NCBI GenBank assembly: GCA_016839515.1 | Contig: JAEOUE010000124.1 | Coordinates: forward strand, 1 to 15,497 | DNA from: Candidatus Hodarchaeum mangrovi | GTDB taxonomy: Archaea > Asgardarchaeota > Heimdallarchaeia > Hodarchaeales > Hodarchaeaceae | DNA length: 15,497 bases | Direction: 5' to 3' | Shown: piece by piece, positions 1 to 7,800 of the stretch | Numbering within the stretch: position 1 is the stretch's first letter | Layout: every line of letters begins with the position of its first letter | Notes under the pieces: model-generated | Database searches by the model: none | Told to the model about the DNA's origin: nothing | What the model saw: the letters and a program-made list of their open reading frames with translations, nothing else | Made by a program: the position numbers and the translations under genes

Positions 1-2
1 CA

Positions 3-416
3 GGTATCAACTTAGCTACATTAAATATAGGGTTGAAGCTTGCTCCTAAAGGATCAGCTACTTCCTATTTGGCGGTCAGAAATATTTTAATCGCAATAGC
101 TGCAGGTTTTGCACCTTTGATAGCAGGCATTTTTGCTGATCTACTCATTGAGGTTAGGTTGTCTTTTATCAATTATTTAGATGTTATTTTTATAATCGCG
201 ACTTTTATTGGGGTAATTCCTCTGATTATATTAACAAGAGTTCAAGAATTTGGAGAAGTAAAAGAAATTACCGTCCTTCTTGAAGTAATAACACAGATGA
301 AGAACTACTTTCGTCTTTTACCAGTTTCAGCTGGTGTTCGCCAAATAACGCACCTACCTTCAACGATATTTAGAAACAATAATAATTCGAAGAGTAAATA
401 TAAACGCAGAACTTAA
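3..416 (+). CDS. MFS transporter, C-terminal fragment (5' truncated by window edge)
   Basis: The frame is open from position 3 (GINLATLNIGLKLAPKGSATSYLA...), so the TTG at 33 is internal. Hydrophobic helices with AGFAPLIAGIFAD resemble MFS TM10-12, followed by a basic soluble tail. Confidence 0.8.
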   Translation, partial: GINLATLNIGLKLAPKGSATSYLAVRNILIAIAAGFAPLIAGIFADLLIEVRLSFINYLDVIFIIATFIGVIPLIILTRVQEFGEVKEITVLLEVITQMKNYFRLLPVSAGVRQITHLPSTIFRNNNNSKSKYKRRT

Positions 417-574
417 GGAACGTTTAACTAGTCATCAGGGGAGAAAAATAACAGAAATTTAAGCAATCTTTCAAATTTTGTGCTATACCATAAATTATTA
501 CAGGTAAAATCAACATCAAGAATGGATTAAAAAGCATTATACCTTCTAAGCGATTTAGTCTGAGAGGTTCTAAT

Positions 575-1390
575 ATGCAAATTATATCTGTTAGAAGCTA
601 CAATAAAAAAGCAGAAATGAATGTTAATATTATTCAACATGCAAATACAGGATTGAAACGGTTAGATCTATTTTTTTCTCAAATTAAAAAATCACATCCT
701 CAGTTTTTTGAAAAAATTTTAGATCATTTTAACAATAACTGGACAGAATTAAAGAAAATTCCAAGTTTATCTCTTGCTGAATATGAAATATTAAATGAAT
801 ATCCATTATTGGCTCATAAAGCGTTAGGTACACTATTTGCATGTATGAACCTAGAAGTTCATGATATCATTCTAAATTCTGAAACAGTATCTATAGATGT
901 TTTTGATTATCTAAGATCATCACTTTTCTTTAGTTACGCACTTATCCAATCATTACTTAAAATTATGCCTAAAAAAGACGCTATTAACTATTACCAAGAC
1001 TATATTGATATGATTACAAAGTTCTCTAGAGACCCTTCCCAATACTTAGAACATCTTGTAGATATGAGACCTGCAGGAGAAGAATTTCAAAAAAAATTTC
1101 AGAGTCATGATTTTATCAATTTTACTATTCATCCAGGAAAGATTGGGACTAAAACTACAAAGTGTAAATGGTACGAAGTAATGAAAGAATTAAATGATCC
1201 AGAACTTAGCTATGCTGTTTGTTGCCATTATGATTTTGAAGCTACCCTGAATATGAATCCTAGCTTTTTATTAACACGAAATCAAACTCTTATGGAAGGA
1301 GCTTCGTATTGTGACTTCTGTTATCATGATCTTAGACTTGTTGATTCTATTGAACACCCACCAAAGGAATTCTGGGAAGAATTGAAATAA
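575..1390 (+). CDS. L-2-amino-thiazoline-4-carboxylic acid hydrolase-like (PF14196-type) domain protein with N-terminal helical extension
   Basis: The C-terminal Cys pattern KCKWYEVMKEL...CCHYDF...LTRNQTLMEGASYCDFCY is typical of this family. SD-like GAGAGG at 562-567. True substrate unknown. Confidence 0.75.
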   Translation: MQIISVRSYNKKAEMNVNIIQHANTGLKRLDLFFSQIKKSHPQFFEKILDHFNNNWTELKKIPSLSLAEYEILNEYPLLAHKALGTLFACMNLEVHDIILNSETVSIDVFDYLRSSLFFSYALIQSLLKIMPKKDAINYYQDYIDMITKFSRDPSQYLEHLVDMRPAGEEFQKKFQSHDFINFTIHPGKIGTKTTKCKWYEVMKELNDPELSYAVCCHYDFEATLNMNPSFLLTRNQTLMEGASYCDFCYHDLRLVDSIEHPPKEFWEELK

Positions 1391-1550
1391 AGGCAAAAAT
1401 AACGAATTCTAAGACTGCTATATTCCTTTTAACAGCCTTGGAAAAATTAAATACTAACTTTCGTTCATCCAATCAACCTATTGATTATAAAACCATTAAA
1501 ATTAGAATATTATCGCATTTATTCTTCAGTGAAATTATTTAAATGGCTTT

Positions 1551-1562
1551 AAAAAAGAAAAA
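1551..1562 (-). terminator. Candidate archaeal T-rich terminator for the minus-strand cluster
   Basis: aaaaaagaaaaa on + reads TTTTTCTTTTTT on -, about 130 nt past the last stop (1691) in a convergent intergenic region. Confidence 0.35.
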
Positions 1563-1690
1563 GGGATATTTTATCGTTTAATATCATATTTTAAAATAGT
1601 GGAGCAAGAAAAATACAAATGAGTTTGGATATATTATTAAGAATTGCAGTGAAAATAATCTGAAATAAAAATGGTAATAATATTCATTAC

Positions 1691-2800
1691 TTATCCAATC
1701 TCTTTGAAGTGAGAGTAAATTATTCTACCTCGTCTATCTTGCGGCGTGGACACATCTGTGATACGTTGTGGGTCCAAATAAATTATTTCAAATCCTTTTG
1801 GTAAAAAATGAACCTCTTTTACCTTTTTAATTAAACCATTTGAAGTTTTAACCTTTCCTTCATAAGCTAAGCCTAATTCTGCTCCCATACCTACAGCTGG
1901 ATTAGAAAATGAAATATAAGGATCATTTTCATTTAAATTATCCAAGATTCTATCATACATTGCTTTCCCAAGCGATTGTGTAATATCAATTTCAATAAAT
2001 ACACCTTCACCTAACTCTGGAACAGCAAATGCATCTACAGGAATAGCTGTCACGTTGTTGGTGTTATGATCAATGGATGCAATGACTCCACAAGGATTTT
2101 GATTAATAAATTCAGCAGCAATGGATGGATTATCTAATCGGACATCAAGAGGAATCCTAGCCTTATGTTCGTAACGATGGTTAAAAGAATCAATATGTGT
2201 TGTTCTAAGTGTGAACATACTGTGTATAGATTCATCAAAGCGTTTTTCTCTATCTTCAGGTGCAAATGATCCTAAGTGAAAACTAGCCAATTGAATCATA
2301 TATCGCTTTTTCCGGTATTGAAAATATGGATGATCAGGTAAACAAATTTCTTCAAGACAAACGTCAAAAATCCCATCTATTCCATCTGTGACTCTGGCAT
2401 TACATGGCCTACCATTAATCATGATAATTTCAGTTTCTAATGTGACTAAAACACCTTGATTATGATTTTTAAAATTATTTAAAGTCTTTTTTACGTGATC
2501 TGGGTTTCCAAATTCTTCCATTAAAAGAATTAGTTCTTCTCTCGGATCAATTATGTCTTGATACGCTTTATCCAGCTCAATTAGGGATTTAATTTCTTCA
2601 GGTGATAGTCTAGCTCGACCAGAGGATAACATTTCATCTAAATCTTTTCTCAAATCATTTACTCTACGTTGAACTGTTGGAGATCTTAACCGTACATAGG
2701 GTCTGTTCTTTTCATCAATTGATGCTAACGCAGCATAATGATAATTTTTTGCTCCTGGTCGTACTTTAAAATCAGCAATCTGCCATAATCGCTTATCCAT
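1691..2800 (-). CDS. Hypothetical protein with two tandem PNPOx-like split beta-barrel domains (putative FMN/F420/heme binding); paralog of 4078..5181
   Basis: Domain 1: LASIDEKNRPYVR...KTLNNFKNHNQGVLV. Domain 2: FINQNPCGVIASIDHNTNNVTAIPV...ILDNLNENDPYISF...GLAYEGKV...IYLDPQRIT. I moved the start from TTG 2824 to ATG 2800 because GAGGT (2808-2812) lies 7 nt upstream and the length (369 aa) then matches the 367-aa paralog. Confidence 0.6.
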   Translation of the reverse strand: MDKRLWQIADFKVRPGAKNYHYAALASIDEKNRPYVRLRSPTVQRRVNDLRKDLDEMLSSGRARLSPEEIKSLIELDKAYQDIIDPREELILLMEEFGNPDHVKKTLNNFKNHNQGVLVTLETEIIMINGRPCNARVTDGIDGIFDVCLEEICLPDHPYFQYRKKRYMIQLASFHLGSFAPEDREKRFDESIHSMFTLRTTHIDSFNHRYEHKARIPLDVRLDNPSIAAEFINQNPCGVIASIDHNTNNVTAIPVDAFAVPELGEGVFIEIDITQSLGKAMYDRILDNLNENDPYISFSNPAVGMGAELGLAYEGKVKTSNGLIKKVKEVHFLPKGFEIIYLDPQRITDVSTPQDRRGRIIYSHFKEIG

Positions 2801-2844
2801 ATATTTAACCTCAAATATATTCAAATAGAATATTTTTTCATTAT

Positions 2845-4065
2845 TTATTCAAACATTGGAGCAATACTTAATGAATTCCATAGCACTGCTCCTGCTATTG
2901 CAGTTGAATTTTTCAACGAATCTATTGATAATTTTTCTGGAGTATCATAAATAGTATTGATATATGATGGAGTTTTCCATTGATTTAACACAAAAATTGG
3001 TAGTTTAAGATTATAAAATGGTACTGCATCAGTACCAAATATTGGCATTGGAGTAAAATTAATGTTATAACCATTTTTATCTAAAAAGGATTTCATATTG
3101 CCAAATAACTGTAAATTATTAGCTAAAACACCATTTCTCGTGCCATGTGGAATTGCTGTAGTATCATAATTCATAACAAGGAATATTGATGATTGTTCAT
3201 CTATAGTTGATAGGAATTTATTAATAAAGGCAGTAGCTCCACTGTTATTAACCTTGCTCGCTGATAAGAAAACGAATTTTATTGATAATTGATATTGATT
3301 AAATTGAGAAATATCTCTAGCTAGTTCTAATGTTGTAGCGATTCCTGTGCCATTATCAAAAGCACCTGGAGAATGCTTTGTGGAATCATAATGCGCAAGA
3401 ACCAAAATTTCTTTTTTATTGGTAGCTTTTAAACTACTTATAATATTGGTTGATTCGATCTCTTCAAATGAACCAGATACATTCAATGAAATTTGTTTAT
3501 CCTTTTTCCTTAAAATTAAACTGCCAGCCTCATATGAAACAGAAATTATTGGTATTTTGGACTTTTCTTGTAAAGCACATTTCTGAATAATTCCACCAGG
3601 TTGGTTATTCATCTCAATAAATGCTAAAGCACCTTTCTGTTCTACAGTTTCTATTATTTTTTCTCTTGAAAATCCTCTAGCACCCATAAAATTCATTGAA
3701 TTTTCATAGAGAACAATTAATTCAGAACAATCAAGTTCTTCAAGTGTATTTTCATTAGGGTTCTGCAAGTGAACAATTTTAGCAGTTATATTTCCATTTT
3801 CTGAAAAATCATAAGGAAAAGAAGGAATTTCTTTGATTCCTAGTTTGAGGGTAGTGTTTTCATTTTTCCATCTCTTATGATTAAAATGTTGTAATTGTAC
3901 ATCAAATGAAAAATTCGTCATTGTGTTAACAATGAAATCTTTCGCTTGTTCACAACCACCACTACCAGCAGGTCTTGGACCGATCGTATCAGCTAGGTAT
4001 TCAATAGGTTCAAAGATTGACGATGAAGACCAGATTTTACCAATAAATTCCTCTAAGGATTTCAA
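2845..4065 (-). CDS. M28-family PA-domain peptidase homolog, probably catalytically inactive (pseudo-peptidase)
   Basis: Retains IGPRPAGS, AHYDS, GAFDNGTG and NYD, but FxAEE is replaced by FLSASK and YxHT by YINT. The ORF is full length and uninterrupted, with a TTG start preceded by AGGAAG. Confidence 0.85.
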   Translation of the reverse strand: MKSLEEFIGKIWSSSSIFEPIEYLADTIGPRPAGSGGCEQAKDFIVNTMTNFSFDVQLQHFNHKRWKNENTTLKLGIKEIPSFPYDFSENGNITAKIVHLQNPNENTLEELDCSELIVLYENSMNFMGARGFSREKIIETVEQKGALAFIEMNNQPGGIIQKCALQEKSKIPIISVSYEAGSLILRKKDKQISLNVSGSFEEIESTNIISSLKATNKKEILVLAHYDSTKHSPGAFDNGTGIATTLELARDISQFNQYQLSIKFVFLSASKVNNSGATAFINKFLSTIDEQSSIFLVMNYDTTAIPHGTRNGVLANNLQLFGNMKSFLDKNGYNINFTPMPIFGTDAVPFYNLKLPIFVLNQWKTPSYINTIYDTPEKLSIDSLKNSTAIAGAVLWNSLSIAPMFE

Positions 4066-4077
4066 AGTAGAACTTCC

Positions 4078-5181
4078 TTAATCCCATTCGCTATATATAA
4101 TCTTTCCTCGACGATCAACAGGAGTGCTAATATTTGTAATCCTTTTAGGAATAATATATCCGATTGGTCCAGAAATGTTGTTTTGTTCTTGATAGATATC
4201 AATCTCTTTTGCACTGAAGGATAATTCTCCTTCGATTGCTATTCCGAGTTCATATTTCATACCAAAGGCAGGACTACAAATAGATACAAAGGGGTTATTC
4301 TTCTCAACGTTTTTAATCGTTTTTTCATGAAATTCTTTATTTATTGCGTTAAATAGGTCAACTGTCCAGAATACTCCTTGACCACAATTAAGATTAACAT
4401 CAAATCGGGAGGGAATGGCAGTAGGTTTACCAGTAAATGGATCTTTAATTCCAATAGTTCCCATATTATGTTTTTTAGTAAATTTCAATCCTTCTTCTCT
4501 ATTAAAAAATGGAAAATCTTCCAATCTTTCAATAGGTCCTTTTTCTTTTTGCTCACAGGATGTTATGGAAGAGTGAGTAGCGGTCCAAATATCAAATACA
4601 GTTTCATAATAACGAGCTTCCTTATCTTCATAACTAGCTAAGTGGGTGTCAGCCAATAATAACATGTATCGTGCAGAACGATGATCATAAAGAGGGTCAC
4701 CACGTTGAGAAATTGTATCTACATTAATATCGAATATGATATCTTTGGTTCCTCTTTGAATTGTAGGCCCATTTTCTGACATTACTACAAGGGCCTCTAA
4801 ACAAACTAGGCAAGCTTCTTGATTGCGTTTTAAATGCTGTAACGAACGTTTCTGATGATTTTTACTCGATGTTTCTTCTAAAAATACAAATTGCCAAGCA
4901 TGCTTTTCAATAGTATCTTTATACTTAATATCAATAGATTTAACTTCTTCTAATCGTTCTTTAGAATATCTAGTTGGGATTTGACCCGAAATTTGTTTTT
5001 CTAATTCCTCAATTAAGATATTCAAAGGTCTTATTACTGCAGGTGATCGTAGTCTACTATAGGGGCGTTCATTCTCATCTAACGTTGTGAGTGTTGAATA
5101 GTGATACAATCTTACTCCAGGACGTCGTGCAAATTGTGTTAATAGTAATAAGGTTTCTTTTTCAGCATTATCCAATTTCAT
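4078..5181 (-). CDS. Hypothetical protein with two tandem PNPOx-like split beta-barrel domains; paralog of 1691..2800
   Basis: Domain 1: LTTLDENERPYSR...RSLQHLKRNQEACLV. Domain 2: FTKKHNMGTIGIKDPFTGKPTAIP...KTIKNVEKNNPFVSI...GIAIEGEL...YIIPKRIT. Shares RPG-x3-YHY, RLRSP and STPxDRRGxIIYS with the paralog. Confidence 0.6.
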   Translation of the reverse strand: MKLDNAEKETLLLLTQFARRPGVRLYHYSTLTTLDENERPYSRLRSPAVIRPLNILIEELEKQISGQIPTRYSKERLEEVKSIDIKYKDTIEKHAWQFVFLEETSSKNHQKRSLQHLKRNQEACLVCLEALVVMSENGPTIQRGTKDIIFDINVDTISQRGDPLYDHRSARYMLLLADTHLASYEDKEARYYETVFDIWTATHSSITSCEQKEKGPIERLEDFPFFNREEGLKFTKKHNMGTIGIKDPFTGKPTAIPSRFDVNLNCGQGVFWTVDLFNAINKEFHEKTIKNVEKNNPFVSICSPAFGMKYELGIAIEGELSFSAKEIDIYQEQNNISGPIGYIIPKRITNISTPVDRRGKIIYSEWD

Positions 5182-5225
5182 TCACTCTTAGACCTTAACT
5201 TGAATAATGAAACTTATAGAAAAAT

Positions 5226-5233
5226 TTTATAAA
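5226..5233 (-). promoter_or_regulatory. Candidate archaeal TATA box (TTTATAAA) for the 5181-1691 module
   Basis: About 45 bp upstream of ATG 5181 and 11 bp from the putative operator. The background is AT-rich and there is no clear BRE on this strand, so support is weak. Confidence 0.35.
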
Positions 5234-5244
5234 AAAAGTATTTC

Positions 5245-5269
5245 GGATATATCCAAATAAGATATATTT
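5245..5269. promoter_or_regulatory. Putative operator, copy 1 (GGATATATC-caaataa-GATATATTT; inverted repeat ATATATC-N7-GATATAT)
   Basis: Intergenic, 64 bp upstream of the 5181 start. Arms and spacing are identical to 12742-12766. Confidence 0.6.
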
Positions 5270-5316
5270 CAATTGTTCGAAGATACATTATAGAACCATC
5301 TTAAAATCCTTTTTAC

Positions 5317-6564
5317 CTAAAATATTGAATTTGTCATTAAATCTGCTAAAATTGCTCCTGAAATCGCTGTCGAGTATTTTAATCCATCCTCGCTAACTTT
5401 ATCAACGGTATCCCATGCTGTATGCATATAACTAGGGGCTGTAAATTGAGCTAGATTAAATGTAGGAATTTTTTTCTGGAAGAAAGGAAAAGCGTCTGTA
5501 TTATGGGGGGGTCTAAGACTCATTTTAACATCAAAACCAAATTTATTCACAAAATTTACAATTTGGTTATGCATGAGCATATTGTTTGATGTGAAAGCTC
5601 CTCTAACCCCATTTTTAATATTAGTACAATCAAAATTCATCATTAATGATATATTATTTGTTTCCTTATTTAAAAATTCAGTAACATATGATTGTGATCC
5701 TAATAGGTCAATTTCCTCTGCTGAAAAGAATATGGCTCTAATATTATAGGGAAAATCCTTATGATCTTTTATTTCTACTAAAGATTCAATTAAACCTAGA
5801 ACTGTCACTACACCAGTTCCATTATCAAATGCTCCAGGACCTATATCCCATGTATCATAATGCGCGCCAAGAATAATGGTTTTTTCAGAAGAGGTATTCA
5901 AGTCTCCAATTACATTAATTCCTTTCTTGTCAACAACATTTCCTTTCACATTAAGCGTTATATTTCCCTTATTATGCTTAATCTTTCGTTCGATTAATTT
6001 CCCAGTTTCATAAGAACAAGATACTGCAGGAATTATTGCTTTATCCAGCTTTGTTACTGAAATTATTGATCCTGTTTCAGTTATACCTCCTGGAATATTA
6101 GTCATTTGAACGAAAGCAGATGCTCCACCTTCAATAGCCTTTTTATACATCTCTTTTCTTCCCATTCCACCATGAGGCGTTCTAGAAGGTTCTACAAATA
6201 AAACTTTCCCCTCAAATTTTGCTGATTCAAATACCTTCTCATTTGGGTTTTTCAAAATAAAAGATTCACTAGTTATCTCTCCATCACTAGTAAAATGAAA
6301 TGGTGTAACAGATATATGTTTGTTATCTACTCTGAAATTTACCTCCTTTCTTTCCCAATAAGGATGCAAAAATTCTTGAGACTTGATGTTTAATCCATAA
6401 TCTATAAGTTTAGATTCTAGAAATTCGGAAGCATTTTTAGCAGTATTAGATCCAGAAGGTCTAGGTCCAATATCATCAGCTAAAGTCATTAAATTTCTAA
6501 TTATATCTTTAGATTCCCAAATATTACCAATGACTTGGTTAGTAAGATTATCCATGATTTTCAT
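5317..6564 (-). CDS. M28-family Zn metallopeptidase with PA domain, predicted active and cytoplasmic
   Basis: All co-catalytic motifs are present: GAHYDT, GAFDNGTG, FSAEE, NFD, YMHTAWDT. No signal peptide. ATGA overlap with the upstream gene at 6561-6564 (alternative ATG at 6555). Confidence 0.9.
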   Translation of the reverse strand: MKIMDNLTNQVIGNIWESKDIIRNLMTLADDIGPRPSGSNTAKNASEFLESKLIDYGLNIKSQEFLHPYWERKEVNFRVDNKHISVTPFHFTSDGEITSESFILKNPNEKVFESAKFEGKVLFVEPSRTPHGGMGRKEMYKKAIEGGASAFVQMTNIPGGITETGSIISVTKLDKAIIPAVSCSYETGKLIERKIKHNKGNITLNVKGNVVDKKGINVIGDLNTSSEKTIILGAHYDTWDIGPGAFDNGTGVVTVLGLIESLVEIKDHKDFPYNIRAIFFSAEEIDLLGSQSYVTEFLNKETNNISLMMNFDCTNIKNGVRGAFTSNNMLMHNQIVNFVNKFGFDVKMSLRPPHNTDAFPFFQKKIPTFNLAQFTAPSYMHTAWDTVDKVSEDGLKYSTAISGAILADLMTNSIF

Positions 6565-7799
6565 ACTTCCCTAGGCCCTTTCTTTGAAAGGACATGACTA
6601 AGTAATCCCCCAACAATTGCTGTTGAATGTCTTAATGAATCTTCTGATAACTTTTCAGGAGTATCAAAGGCAGTATGCATATATGTAGGCTGATCCAGTC
6701 TCATTTGTTCAAGATTTATAACAGGAATCTGATTTAAATAAAACGGAAAACCATCAGTTCCGAAGGGAGGACGAGTATTAATGTTTACATCGAATCCATA
6801 CAAATTGACATAAAATTCTGTGTTTTGTAAATATAAAGGTGAATTAGTAACCATTAACGTCCGTACTCCTTTTGGAATCGCTGTACTATCAAAATTCATC
6901 ATTAACGGTACATTTAATTTTCCAGTATCAATATATTCTTTTCGATATGCCATAGATCCTTTGAAACCAAGCTCTTCTGCTCCAAATGCAATGAAATTAA
7001 TGTTTACTGGAATGTCGTTTGATAAAGACAGAATTTTTGCTAATGTTAATAACGTTGCAACACCAGTTCCATTATCAAATGCCCCAGGTCCTGTTTCCCA
7101 TGTATCATAATGCGCTCCAACAATAATAGTCTCTTCTGAATTCCTCACATCTTTAATAGATCCAATAACGTTTTCTCCAGTCACATCTGATTCCTTACCT
7201 TTGACTAGGAGAGTTAATTCCCCATTCCCACGTTTCACATTCCTTAAAAGAAAATGGCCTGCCTCGTAACTTATACAGAGAGCTGGAATTTTTACAATCC
7301 CACCTCTTGAAATATTCCCCGTTTCAACAATTCCTCCAGGAATTTTAGAAATCTGAACATAAGCAATGGCACCTCCTTCAATAGCAGCATCAATAATTGC
7401 TGTTCTATGCATTCCCATTCCATGAGATGCTTCTGCTACAAGAATTTTATCTTTAAGATCAGCTTTTAGAAATGCTTCTTTTGAAGGATTATCCATATAA
7501 TAAATATTCCCACTAATCTCTCCATTCCCTGACAAATGGAAAGCTATAGAAGGAAACAGTTTATTATTAATTATACATTCTGTTTTCTCAGCTGTCCAAG
7601 TTAGATGTTTAAACGTTTGTTTGTGAGCCTCTAACATGGAATTTTCAAATTCTATTATTAAAAAATCAGCAGTTTTGACTGCAGCTTCTGAACCAGAGGG
7701 ACGGGGACCAATATTATCTGTGAGATGTTCTATAATCGACATTAGTGGTTTTTCAAACGTTAGGATCCTACTAATAATATTTTTTGGCTTAAAAATCAA
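6561..7799 (-). CDS. M28-family Zn metallopeptidase with PA domain, predicted active and cytoplasmic
   Basis: GAHYDT, GAFDNGTG, FGAEELG, NFD, YMHTAFDT. TTG start 1 nt after the pmbA stop. No signal peptide. Confidence 0.9.
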   Translation of the reverse strand: MIFKPKNIISRILTFEKPLMSIIEHLTDNIGPRPSGSEAAVKTADFLIIEFENSMLEAHKQTFKHLTWTAEKTECIINNKLFPSIAFHLSGNGEISGNIYYMDNPSKEAFLKADLKDKILVAEASHGMGMHRTAIIDAAIEGGAIAYVQISKIPGGIVETGNISRGGIVKIPALCISYEAGHFLLRNVKRGNGELTLLVKGKESDVTGENVIGSIKDVRNSEETIIVGAHYDTWETGPGAFDNGTGVATLLTLAKILSLSNDIPVNINFIAFGAEELGFKGSMAYRKEYIDTGKLNVPLMMNFDSTAIPKGVRTLMVTNSPLYLQNTEFYVNLYGFDVNINTRPPFGTDGFPFYLNQIPVINLEQMRLDQPTYMHTAFDTPEKLSEDSLRHSTAIVGGLLSHVLSKKGPREV

Positions 7800-7800
7800 T

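Noticed and set aside
1624-1634. TTTGGATATAT, a half-match to the operator motif
   Set aside because: There is no second arm at the 7-nt spacing, and it lies in a convergent region downstream of both flanking genes.
2801-2824. TTG start at 2824 given in the ORF track
   Set aside because: ATG at 2800 has a GAGGT SD at a proper distance and gives a length matching the paralog.
2845-4065. Calling the degenerate M28 a pseudogene or a glutaminyl cyclase
   Set aside because: The ORF is full length with no frameshift or stop. Glutaminyl cyclases keep the EE motif and the C-terminal His, which are precisely the residues lost here.
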